Shown one piece after another: positions 10,214 to 19,601 of a DNA stretch of 64,000 nucleotides; within the stretch, counting starts at the first letter, position 1; the number at the start of each line of letters is the position of its first letter. Source of the DNA: an uncultured delta proteobacterium (lineage in GTDB: Bacteria; Myxococcota_A; Polyangia; Polyangiales; B10-G4); the NCBI GenBank assembly GCA_963727445.1, contig CAVSGI010000013.1, positions 145,316 through 209,315 of the forward strand, given 5' to 3'. Position numbers and translations under genes: made by a program. Under the pieces are notes generated by a model, which had not been told where the DNA came from, did not search any database, and was given only the letters and a program-made list of their open reading frames with translations.

Positions 10214-10302
10214 CGTTCGATCGTTGGGATTCGGTTTCCGAGACGCAGCTCTCGCACGTTCAGGCAGTTGACACGGTGCGGCAAAGCGTTAAGAGGCTGC
10301 GC

Positions 10303-11715
10303 GTGAAGTCTGTCGTGAGCCTGCGGTTCGTCCTGATCGGGGCGATGGGAACGGCGTTGGGAGCCCTGACGCTCTACTTCGCCCTCGAAACCGGGCTCTC
10401 ACCGCTGATCGCCGTGGGCACCGCGCTCGCGCTGGTGTGCCTCCTCGCCATCGGCTGGGGGCGCCGCCTCGACCAGATCGTCGGCTTCCTCAAGGCCCAG
10501 TCCGAGCGCGCCGAGGTGCTGCGGCGCCTGCCGCCCATGGGCACCGACGACATCGGCAAAGCCGCGCGCGGGGTCAACACCATCCTGACCGCCACCACCG
10601 ACGCCAGCGTCGACGCCATCGACAGCTCCCTCGAGCTCGCCGAGAAGGAGCGCGAGCTGGCGCTGGCGGCGGCCCTGCAGGGCAAGACCGCCGAGCTCGA
10701 GAAGCGCCTCGGTGAGCGCGCCCTCCTCTTCGAGCTGCTCCGCGAAGCCACCGAGAACAGCAGCATGGACGAGGTGCTGCCGCCCATGGCCGGCCGCCTC
10801 GCCAAGGCGCTGCGCCTGCGTGAGGGCGCGATCCTGGTGCGCGATGGCGACCGCTTCGTGATCCGCGCCGTCCACGGCTTCTCCGATCCGGAGTCTCTGA
10901 TCGGCCGCTTCATCGAGAAGGGCGAAGGGATCAGCGGCGAGGTCACGGACGCCGCCGAACCGATCGTCATTCGTGACGTCCGCGCCGAGCCCGGCTACCT
11001 CGCGTTCTGGGGCGCTGCCGACAAGAGCGGCAGCTTCGCCGCCGTCCCCATCCGCCAGGGCGAAGAGAATCTCGGCATCCTGGCGCTGACGCGGCCGGAG
11101 GACGATCCCCTCACGGACGTCGAGGTCCGCTTCCTCAGCGCCGTCGCCGCTACCCTGGCTCTCACCATTCACCACATCGCGCTTGTGGACGAGCTTCGCG
11201 AGTCCTCGACCCACGACGAGCTCACCGGCCTCGCCAACCGCCGCCTCCTCGGAGCGCGCCTCGGACGCGAGATCGACCGGGCCCGCCGCTTCGAGTCCTC
11301 CCTCGCGGTGCTGACGCTCGACATCGACCACTTCAAGCAGCTCAACGACCGCTTCGGACACCCCACGGGGGACGCCGTGCTTCGCGACGTCGCGCGGGTC
11401 CTCGAAGAGGGGGTGCGGAGCGTCGACACCGTGGCCCGGACCGGCGGCGAGGAGTTCGTCGTGGTCCTGCCCCGAACCGACGCCGAGGCCGCTCAGCGGG
11501 TCGCCGACAAGCTGAGGGCCCGCATCGCGGCCCACGACATGGCCGGGCTCGGAGGCCAGGCCCAGGTGACGATCTCCCTCGGCGTGGCGGTCCTGACGGC
11601 CGGTGAAAGCGCAGAATCCATGCTGGCGAGGGCGGATGCCGCCCTTTACGAGGCCAAGGAAGCCGGCCGCGACCGCGTCCGTGTCTCCCGCCCCGACGGC
11701 GCTTTCGCAGCCTGA
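10303..11715 (+). CDS. Membrane-anchored GAF-GGDEF diguanylate cyclase
   Basis: GTG at 10303 with AAGAGG 8 nt upstream (ATG alternative at 10345). The tool ORF start at 10027 would run through the tRNA. Two TM segments, a GAF-like region, and a GGDEF domain with the GGEEF active site (RTGGEEFVVVL). Confidence 0.8.
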   Translation: MKSVVSLRFVLIGAMGTALGALTLYFALETGLSPLIAVGTALALVCLLAIGWGRRLDQIVGFLKAQSERAEVLRRLPPMGTDDIGKAARGVNTILTATTDASVDAIDSSLELAEKERELALAAALQGKTAELEKRLGERALLFELLREATENSSMDEVLPPMAGRLAKALRLREGAILVRDGDRFVIRAVHGFSDPESLIGRFIEKGEGISGEVTDAAEPIVIRDVRAEPGYLAFWGAADKSGSFAAVPIRQGEENLGILALTRPEDDPLTDVEVRFLSAVAATLALTIHHIALVDELRESSTHDELTGLANRRLLGARLGREIDRARRFESSLAVLTLDIDHFKQLNDRFGHPTGDAVLRDVARVLEEGVRSVDTVARTGGEEFVVVLPRTDAEAAQRVADKLRARIAAHDMAGLGGQAQVTISLGVAVLTAGESAESMLARADAALYEAKEAGRDRVRVSRPDGAFAA

Positions 11716-11849
11716 TCGGCGTTTTCGCCAACACGGCTGCAACAAAAGCGTCGCTCGCGCATACAGCAGTCGATGAGCGGTCGATCCGCATCACAATTGT
11801 CGGGGGCAACTCGCGCCCCGGGATCGATTGGAGGTAACCTCCAGCGGCC

Positions 11850-12410
11850 ATGGCCGACGGTGCCAAGAGCCCGTCCGACGAGGAGCTGATGAGCGCCTTC
11901 GTCGGCGGGGACCACGCGGCGTTTCGGGTCCTCTTCGACCGCTATGCACCCATGCTCATGCGTATGGCGAGAAGAAGGCTCAGCTCCGACGAAGAGGCCC
12001 GTGAGGTCGTCCAGCAGACCTTTTTCCAACTGAACAAGGCACGAAACGACTTCCGTCAAGGCGAGAAGCTTCGCCCCTGGGTGGTCACGATCACCATGAA
12101 TCTGATCCGCGAGCACTATCGCCGTCGCGGTCGCCGCAAGGAGTCGACGCTCGACGCGGCGATCCACACCGTCGGGGTTCAGCCCAAGGACCGCCTCGAG
12201 CAGGCGGAGCGGGAGGCGCAGCTTCGCGCGGCGATCGCACGGCTCCCCGACAGCCAGCGGACGGTGGTGGAGCTGCACTGGCTCTCGGAGCTGCCTTTCG
12301 CGGAGGTCGCCCGCATCGTGGGGGCCAAAGAAGGTGCCGTTCGCGTGCGGGCCCACCGCGCGTACAAACGACTCAAGGAGCTGCTCGAACGGGAGCTCCA
12401 AGCCCAATGA
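11850..12410 (+). CDS. ECF (sigma-70 family, group 4) RNA polymerase sigma factor
   Basis: Region 2/4 motifs (FRVLFDRYAPMLMRMARRRL..., VVELHWLSELPFAEVARIVGAKEGAVRVRAHRAYKRLK). GGAGG upstream. Confidence 0.85.
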   Translation: MADGAKSPSDEELMSAFVGGDHAAFRVLFDRYAPMLMRMARRRLSSDEEAREVVQQTFFQLNKARNDFRQGEKLRPWVVTITMNLIREHYRRRGRRKESTLDAAIHTVGVQPKDRLEQAEREAQLRAAIARLPDSQRTVVELHWLSELPFAEVARIVGAKEGAVRVRAHRAYKRLKELLERELQAQ

Positions 12411-13138
12411 CCGACGAAACCGAACAGATGGATCCGGAGCTCGATGGGCTCCTCGCGGCGGCCGGCGACGGCAGCGGGGCGGGGCTCGACCGGAGCGATC
12501 TCGACGCGATGTTCGAGGCCGTCGAGGAACGGGTCAGCGCGACGAAGGGCAAGCCGCTCCCCTGGCTGAAGAGCCGCTCCACGCTGGTGCGCCGGGTGCT
12601 CGCGCTCGGCTCTTTCGCGGTGATCTTCGCGGCGATCGCGGCGGGCACTCCCGCCGCCAACTGGGAGAAGCTCGGCTCGGGCCAGATGATCGCGGCGCTG
12701 ATCGCGCTCTTCGTGCTCATGGTCGCGACCCTGATGGTGGCGCTGCGGCCGCTTCACAAGCCGGAGCTTCCCCGGCCATGGCTCCTTTCGCTGGCTGCGG
12801 GCTCGGTCGTCGCGACCTTCGTGCTGGCGGTCACCGTTCACGGGCCATCGGCGCATCAGCACGTCGGCGAGCTCCTCGCCGGCGCGACCCCGTGCATGTA
12901 TTTCGGGCTCTTCGCGGGTGTACCCGTCTATGGGATGGCGCGTCTCCTCGACCGGGGAACCTATCTGGGCCCGCTTCTGGCCGCGGCCGCCGCGGGGTTG
13001 ACCGGCAACTTCATGCTTCAGCTGCACTGCCCCATGTCCGATCCGATGCACAACATCGCGGGGCATGCGTCGGTGGCGCTGATCTTCGTCGGCGGGATCC
13101 TCTTGCTCGAGTCGATCGTGCGCCGACTGCGCAAGTGA
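12407..13138 (+). CDS. Membrane anti-sigma factor, NrsF/DUF1109-like (6 TM)
   Basis: ATGA start/stop overlap with the sigma gene. Acidic cytoplasmic N-terminus followed by six hydrophobic helices. Confidence 0.65.
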   Translation: MTDETEQMDPELDGLLAAAGDGSGAGLDRSDLDAMFEAVEERVSATKGKPLPWLKSRSTLVRRVLALGSFAVIFAAIAAGTPAANWEKLGSGQMIAALIALFVLMVATLMVALRPLHKPELPRPWLLSLAAGSVVATFVLAVTVHGPSAHQHVGELLAGATPCMYFGLFAGVPVYGMARLLDRGTYLGPLLAAAAAGLTGNFMLQLHCPMSDPMHNIAGHASVALIFVGGILLLESIVRRLRK

Positions 13139-13194
13139 CGCGCAACGCGATCTCCGCTCACAGCGATGCGAAGGTGTAGTACCTTCACGGGCTC

Positions 13195-14595
13195 ATGGCT
13201 GCGGACACATTCGACGTCGTGTCGCCGGTCGACGGCAAAGTGCTCGTCACGCGACCGCATGCGACCGCCGACGAGCTCGGCGCGGCGCTCGACCGCGCGG
13301 CCGTGGCGCAGCGTGCGTGGGCGCGGACGCCGCTCTCCGAACGCAAGGCGCTGGTCGGCCGCATGGTCGACGCGGTGGTGGCGAAGTCGGAGGTGCTCGC
13401 GAAGGAGCTGACCCTGCAGATGGGTCGTCCCATCCGGTCGACCCCGGGAGAGATCCGTGGCTTCGAAGAGCGCGGGCGCGGGATGATCGCGATGGCGGAG
13501 GATTCGCTCGCGCCGATCGAGCTCGGTTCCAAGGAAGGCTTTCACCGCTACATCACCCGCGAGCCGCTGGGGCTGGTGCTGGTGCTGGCGCCGTGGAACT
13601 ACCCGTGGCTCACCAGCGTGAACAGCATCGTGCCGGCGCTCCTCGCTGGCAACACGGTGCTGCTCAAGCACTCGGGGCAGACGCCGCTGGTCTCCGAACG
13701 GATGAAGGAAGCCGCCGACGAGGCGGGTCTGCCGGCCGGCGTTTTCCAGTACCTGCACCTCGGCCACGATCAAGTGGCCGGCGCGGTCTCCGATCCGCGG
13801 GTCGCCTTCGTGGCCTTCACGGGCTCGGTGGAGGGCGGGCGCGCTGTGCATCGCGCGGCGGCGGACCGCTTCATCGCCTGCGGCCTCGAGCTGGGCGGCA
13901 AGGATCCGGCCTACGTGCGAGCCGACGCCGACCTCGATTTCTCGGTGGAGAACCTGGTCGACGGCTCCTTCTTCAACTCGGGTCAGAGCTGCTGCGGCAT
14001 CGAGCGCATCTACGTTCACGGCGACGTGTACGACCGCTTCGTCGACGCCTTCGTCGCGCTCACCGAGCAGTACCGCCTCGGCGACCCGACCGATCCCGAG
14101 ACGACCATGGGGCCCGTGGTGCGTGTCTCGGCCGCCGACTTCGTCCGCCAGCAGACCGCCGCCGCGGTCGAGGCCGGCGCGCGGGCGCTCATCGACCCGA
14201 AGAAGTTCGCAGCGGGGACGGCGCACGGTCCGCAGTATCTGGCGCCTCAGGTTCTGGTCGACGTCGATCACCGCATGGACGTGATGAGCGAAGAGACCTT
14301 CGGCCCGGTGGTGGGCATCATGAAGGTCTCCTCCGACGACGAGGCGATCGAGAAGATGAACGACAGCCGCTATGGGCTCACGGCGTCGGTCTGGACGGCG
14401 GACGAGACCCGGGCCATCGCCATTGGTGAGCGGATCGAAACCGGCACGCTCTTCATGAACCGCTGCGACTATCTCGACCCGGAGCTCGCCTGGACCGGCG
14501 TGAAGGACTCGGGTCGAGGCTGCACGCTCTCCCGCGTCGGCTACGAGCATCTGACCCGCCCGAAGAGCTATCACCTGCGCAAGAAGACCAGCTAG
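13195..14595 (+). CDS. NAD(P)-dependent aldehyde dehydrogenase
   Basis: ALDH family motifs (LELGGKDP, FFNSGQSCCGIERIYV with the catalytic Cys, EETFGPV). Confidence 0.85.
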   Translation: MAADTFDVVSPVDGKVLVTRPHATADELGAALDRAAVAQRAWARTPLSERKALVGRMVDAVVAKSEVLAKELTLQMGRPIRSTPGEIRGFEERGRGMIAMAEDSLAPIELGSKEGFHRYITREPLGLVLVLAPWNYPWLTSVNSIVPALLAGNTVLLKHSGQTPLVSERMKEAADEAGLPAGVFQYLHLGHDQVAGAVSDPRVAFVAFTGSVEGGRAVHRAAADRFIACGLELGGKDPAYVRADADLDFSVENLVDGSFFNSGQSCCGIERIYVHGDVYDRFVDAFVALTEQYRLGDPTDPETTMGPVVRVSAADFVRQQTAAAVEAGARALIDPKKFAAGTAHGPQYLAPQVLVDVDHRMDVMSEETFGPVVGIMKVSSDDEAIEKMNDSRYGLTASVWTADETRAIAIGERIETGTLFMNRCDYLDPELAWTGVKDSGRGCTLSRVGYEHLTRPKSYHLRKKTS

Positions 14596-14603
14596 TGCCT
14601 GGT

Positions 14604-14942
14604 ATGGCCCCAGCCCTGGCCCTCCTGGCCGTCCTGGTTTCGTCATTCGGATGCGGCAGCAGCGGCATGGTCGACTCCGACCGCAAGCGCCTCGCCGCGC
14701 CCACGGCCGAGCAGCAGGCCTGCTCCTTCGACAACGAGTGCATCCTGGTCGAGGACTGCTGCGGCTGCGCCAACGGCGGCACCCAGCAGGCGGTGCGCAG
14801 CGACGTGGTGGACCAGCTCGAAGCCGCGGGCGCATCGGAGTGCGCCGAGCGCGCATGCACGCCGGGCGTCGCGAGCGCGCACCGGAGCTGCACCGCCTCG
14901 GCCTCCGTCTGCCGCGGCGGTCGCTGCATCCCTCAGATCTGA
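14604..14942 (+). CDS. Small Cys-rich lipoprotein (hypothetical)
   Basis: ATG at 14604 (the tool's GTG at 14595 overlaps the ALDH stop). Lipobox VSSFGC, then 12 Cys in about 90 aa. Confidence 0.5.
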   Translation: MAPALALLAVLVSSFGCGSSGMVDSDRKRLAAPTAEQQACSFDNECILVEDCCGCANGGTQQAVRSDVVDQLEAAGASECAERACTPGVASAHRSCTASASVCRGGRCIPQI

Positions 14943-14943
14943 C

Positions 14944-16296
14944 GTGAGACGCGCGAGCGAGAAGGTCTGCATCATCGGCGCCGGGTCGAGCGGCATCGCG
15001 AGCGCGAAGGTCCTGGCCGAGCGCGGCATCGACTTCGACTGCTTCGAGAAGGGATCAGGCATCGGCGGCAACTGGCGCTACGAAAACGACAACGAGATGT
15101 CGTCCGCTTACGCGTCTCTGCACATCAACACCTCGAAGACGCTGATGCAGTACTCGGACTATCCGATGCCCGAGCGCTACCCCGACTATCCGGGACACGC
15201 GGAGATCCTCGCGTACTTCGAGAGCTACGTGGATCACTTCGGCTTCCGGGACGCGATCCACTTCGAGACCGAGGTGCGGAGCATCGACCGGGACGACGAC
15301 GGCTGGACCGTCACGACGAGCAGCCAGAGAGGCGAAGAGCAGACGCGACGCTATCGGGCGGTGCTGGTGGCGAACGGCCATCACTGGGACGCGCGCTGGC
15401 CGGACTTTCCCGGCGAGCTCGACGACTCGGTGGAGGTGATGCACTCGCACTACTACCGAACGCCGCGCGAGCTGATCGGCAAGCGCGTCCTGGTGGTCGG
15501 CATCGGCAACTCCGCGGTCGACATCGCCTGCGAGGCCTGCCACGTGGCGGAGCGCACCGTCATCTCGTCGCGCCGGAGCGCGTACATCTTCCCGAAATAC
15601 GTCTTCGGCATCCCCACCGATCAGATGATCGACCCGCGCGTGAACAAGCTGCCCTTCCCGGTGCAGGTGAACATCGCCCGGGCGGCGGTTCGCGTGGCGC
15701 AGGGCAACCAGGAAGCCTACGGCGTGAAGAAGCCGGCCCACGCGATCCACCAGGCGCATCCGACCATCTCGGACGAGCTCCTGCCGCTGGTGGGACACGG
15801 GCGGATCGTCATGAAGCCGAACGTCGCCCAGCTCGAAGGCGAAAGCGTCCGCTTCGTCGACGGCACGCGCGAGGCTTTCGACGTGGTGATCTACTGCACC
15901 GGCTATCGAATCACCTTCCCCTTCTTCGATCGCTCGGTGATCGACCCCATCGGCAACGAGGTGCGCCTCTTTCACCGGGTGGTGCATCCCGAGCTCGAGG
16001 GCCTTCATTTCATCGGGCTCGTCCAGCCCCTCGGCGCCATCATGCCCCTGGCCGAGCTCCAGTCGCACTGGGTCGCTGGCCTCCTCGATGGCGAGATGGC
16101 GCTGCCCGAGCGCGCGAAGATGGAGCGCGAGATCGACGCCTACGCGCGCGCCACCCGAGAGCGCTACGTCTCCTCGCCCCGCCACACCATCCAGGTCGAC
16201 TTCCATCCGTACATCGAAGAGCTGAAAGCCGAGATGCGCCGCGGCCGGCGTCGCGCGCGAAGACGCGGCCTGCTCGGTCGCTTGACGAGGCGCTGA
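14944..16296 (+). CDS. Flavin-containing monooxygenase (FMO/Baeyer-Villiger type)
   Basis: FAD motif CIIGAGSSG, FMO identifying motif (FEKGSGIGGNWRY), NADPH motif (VLVVGIGNSAVD). Confidence 0.85.
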   Translation: MRRASEKVCIIGAGSSGIASAKVLAERGIDFDCFEKGSGIGGNWRYENDNEMSSAYASLHINTSKTLMQYSDYPMPERYPDYPGHAEILAYFESYVDHFGFRDAIHFETEVRSIDRDDDGWTVTTSSQRGEEQTRRYRAVLVANGHHWDARWPDFPGELDDSVEVMHSHYYRTPRELIGKRVLVVGIGNSAVDIACEACHVAERTVISSRRSAYIFPKYVFGIPTDQMIDPRVNKLPFPVQVNIARAAVRVAQGNQEAYGVKKPAHAIHQAHPTISDELLPLVGHGRIVMKPNVAQLEGESVRFVDGTREAFDVVIYCTGYRITFPFFDRSVIDPIGNEVRLFHRVVHPELEGLHFIGLVQPLGAIMPLAELQSHWVAGLLDGEMALPERAKMEREIDAYARATRERYVSSPRHTIQVDFHPYIEELKAEMRRGRRRARRRGLLGRLTRR

Positions 16297-16322
16297 GCTC
16301 TTCTTTCGCCTATGCTCCAGCC

Positions 16323-16892
<570 letters not shown>

Positions 16893-16893
16893 G

Positions 16894-18687
16894 ATGGAGA
16901 CGCGCGACGAAGAGATGCCGAAGAGAGAGCACCCGCCCCTGGCCAAGCGCGCCAAGGCGGCGAGCCGGTCCGTATTGCTCGTTCCCGTCGCCTGCGTTCT
17001 GCTGGCCACCGTTCTGGCGCTCGCACTCCTTTGGGGAGACGTCCGGTCTCTTGTCGACAATCACCTGGCCGAGGTCGCTCCGTTCCTTCTGATCGCCATC
17101 CTCGCGGGCACCCTGGGCGTGAGCGCGCTGCTCTACCTCTCGATTCGAGGCAACCGAATACCGGCCGCGCTCACGTTCTTCTTCGCCTCGTTGCCCTGGC
17201 TCACCGGGCTCGCCGGATTGCGTTGGAAGGTCGCGACGACCCTGGCGCTCGAGCTCGACCCGATCACCACCAGGACGGCCGCCCTCGATGCGCTCGGTGA
17301 TGGCCTCTCCGCTCACGCGTGCGGCGCGTACTTCGCGGGAGCGCTGTACTTCGCCACTGCCGTGGGCAGCGCGTCGGCCGCGCGGACCCTCTGGCCAGCG
17401 AAACAGAGCACCCGGAGCCGCGAGCTCCTCTGTGTGGCAGCCCTCGCGCTCCCGGTGACGGCCATCGCGCTCGCCACGGCGATCCGGAGCCATCTCGAGG
17501 CCGAGGCCTACATCGGATTCCTCCACGTCGATGTCGAATCACAACTCGTGTTCCTCGAAAGGGGCACTGACTCGCTCGTCCGCGCCGAGTCCGCGAGTCG
17601 CGTGGTTCTCGGCCTGTCCATCGCCGGCGCGATCACGCTCCTGCTCTTCTCGCTTCGTCACCGACCGGCGGCGAAGACGTCGCTCTTCGGAGCGGCAGCG
17701 CTCGCCGTCGCGCTCTTCCCCGTGGCTCTGGACCGTTACGGGCGCCGCGCAACCGAGGAGTCCGTGGAGCGGATCGTCGAGTCGCCTTGGGTTCGTGTCG
17801 AGGGCTTCGCGCCGGTCCCCATGTCGGCGCCATTCGATGAGCAGACGTTCGAAAGACCGTGGCTCATCGCGGATGCGCAGGGTCTACACCTCCCCTCCGG
17901 AGAGCGGCTCTCGAGGGAGCAGGCGATCGCGCCGGTGAGAGCCGCGGCGCGAATCGCAGACGCGGAGGCGTCCGAGCAGGAGCGACGACGCGCGGAGCGG
18001 GAGGCGGAGCGCGCGCGAAATCCGCCCGGTCCCTCCGACCTCGTAGAAGACTGGGCTCCGCGCGCGTCGCTGTCAGTCGAGATTCCCGGTTGCGAGGTGT
18101 ACGACGACTTCGACGAGCTCGTCGTCGCCGTCGATCGCCGGACGCCCCTGACGGCTTTCCGCGATCTCGTCGCGCTCGCATCTCAGGCCGAGCGGCACGT
18201 ACTGGTCCTGGTCGGCAACGATCCGGTCGTCGTCCCGCCAGCCACCCGAAGATCGCTGCCCATCGGCAGTGCCTCCGTCGCGTATCGACCCCGCGTCTTG
18301 CGATGGAAGCTCCCGATCGGAGCGTGCGCGCCGGCGGACGATCGCACACATCTGATCTTGATGGGTCGCGTCGGAACCACGCCGCTCTCCGCTGTCACGA
18401 CCTACGCAGGCGGCCGCGAAGTCTCGCTCGACGATCGGGAGACTTTCGCCAGCCTCTACCGCGTCCTACCCAGCGCGCGCGTCGTAGCGCTCCTCGCGCT
18501 CGACCAGGGCGCGACCGCAGAGAGCTTGGTCGAGACCGCCCGGCGTATCGCAGCCGTGATCGATGTCCGACACTGGGTTTTGTCGTCGGGGCCGTTGCCC
18601 GCGCCCATGGAGCTCGACCCGCAGATTGGATTCGAACAACCCGGACTCGTTGGAGGTGACGGGCGACAATGGCCGCGGCCGCGCTGA
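16894..18687 (+). CDS. Hypothetical polytopic membrane protein with large cytoplasmic C-terminal region
   Basis: ATG at 16894, 2 nt after the upstream stop. About 7 hydrophobic helices in the first 270 aa. No recognised domain. Confidence 0.5.
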   Translation: METRDEEMPKREHPPLAKRAKAASRSVLLVPVACVLLATVLALALLWGDVRSLVDNHLAEVAPFLLIAILAGTLGVSALLYLSIRGNRIPAALTFFFASLPWLTGLAGLRWKVATTLALELDPITTRTAALDALGDGLSAHACGAYFAGALYFATAVGSASAARTLWPAKQSTRSRELLCVAALALPVTAIALATAIRSHLEAEAYIGFLHVDVESQLVFLERGTDSLVRAESASRVVLGLSIAGAITLLLFSLRHRPAAKTSLFGAAALAVALFPVALDRYGRRATEESVERIVESPWVRVEGFAPVPMSAPFDEQTFERPWLIADAQGLHLPSGERLSREQAIAPVRAAARIADAEASEQERRRAEREAERARNPPGPSDLVEDWAPRASLSVEIPGCEVYDDFDELVVAVDRRTPLTAFRDLVALASQAERHVLVLVGNDPVVVPPATRRSLPIGSASVAYRPRVLRWKLPIGACAPADDRTHLILMGRVGTTPLSAVTTYAGGREVSLDDRETFASLYRVLPSARVVALLALDQGATAESLVETARRIAAVIDVRHWVLSSGPLPAPMELDPQIGFEQPGLVGGDGRQWPRPR

Positions 18688-18702
18688 GAGCCTCGAACCA
18701 GC

Positions 18703-19506
18703 TCAACCGACGCGCTTCGCGCCGAGGGTGCACGTCGCAAAGTTCCACAGACGTCCGCACTCGCAGCGGACACGAGGAACGGCGGGGACGCGCCGAGCAC
18801 CGCGAAGGATCTTTCGACACGCGGGGCAGCCGAGGGTGATGATCGCGAACCGCCGAGCCCCTGCATACTCGTTGTAGTGCAGCGCGGGCACCCCGTAGTA
18901 GTGCGCGGCGACTTCGAGGATCTCGGAATGGTCGTTCTTGCCCCAGTACATCGGGCCGATGTAGTCGTCCTCGGTTTGGAGGTAGAGGCGGCTACCCCTC
19001 GTGAGGCGAAGCTCGAGCAGACCCCGAAGGCGGCCCGCTGGGAGGAGCTTCGTTCCCTTGATGATGCCGTCGGGGGTGAAGGTCAGCTTGGGCGAAGTCC
19101 GCAGCGCAAACACTGTGATGGCGATGGCGAAGGAGAGCCAGACGAAACCCGTGATGCGCTCGGCGAGGCTCGCGTACGCCCAGCTCTCGAAGAACAACAT
19201 CTTCAGCGGCAAGAACGTGAAGAACCAGGTGACCAGCATCAGGGTCGGGGCGCGCGTGGCCGAATAGACGATGGTGTCGCCCTTCCTTCGCCAGCGCTTC
19301 CCCTTGCCCGCGACCACCCGCCACGCCGCTTCCACGTCGGCGCTAGGGGGATGTGGCCCGAAGAGCGCGTCGCACTCGGTGCAATGACCGATCATTCGCG
19401 TGCCGGAGAAGGCCGACTCGGTATGCCCCGATCCGCAGCTCGGGCAGCGCTGGTGGGGAAGGTCGGAGCGGTAGGGGCCCGCGGCGGCGGCGGTGTCGGC
19501 GCTCAT
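18703..19506 (-). CDS. Membrane protein with N- and C-terminal zinc-ribbon motifs and a PH-like middle region (hypothetical)
   Basis: ATG at 19506 (tool TTG at 19524). CPSCGS...CTEC at the N-terminus and CPAC...CECG at the C-terminus, two or three TM helices, and YLQTEDDYIGPMYWGKNDHSEIL resembling a bacterial PH domain. Confidence 0.5.
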   Translation of the reverse strand: MSADTAAAAGPYRSDLPHQRCPSCGSGHTESAFSGTRMIGHCTECDALFGPHPPSADVEAAWRVVAGKGKRWRRKGDTIVYSATRAPTLMLVTWFFTFLPLKMLFFESWAYASLAERITGFVWLSFAIAITVFALRTSPKLTFTPDGIIKGTKLLPAGRLRGLLELRLTRGSRLYLQTEDDYIGPMYWGKNDHSEILEVAAHYYGVPALHYNEYAGARRFAIITLGCPACRKILRGARRVPAVPRVRCECGRLWNFATCTLGAKRVG

Positions 19507-19601
19507 CTCGGCGAAGTTGGGCAAGGGGCGGGCCAGGAGAACACATCTATAGCCTGGAACGAGTGTATGCGCGAGGCGTCGAGATCTCGCGGACTCGCGG
19601 T

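Noticed and set aside
10027-10302. N-terminal extension of the GGDEF ORF
   Set aside because: It would read through the tRNA-Met gene and its terminator hairpin. GTG at 10303 or ATG at 10345 give sensible starts.
10108-10302. Integrated mobile element at the tRNA-Met
   Set aside because: No integrase, transposase or phage gene anywhere in the window, and no obvious repeat of the tRNA 3' end downstream that I could spot by eye.
10399-11745. 448-aa ORF on the - strand
   Set aside because: Antisense to the GAF-GGDEF gene, with a low-complexity G/A/R/D composition.
13018-14856. 612-aa ORF on the - strand
   Set aside because: Antisense to the aldehyde dehydrogenase gene, which has unmistakable ALDH motifs.
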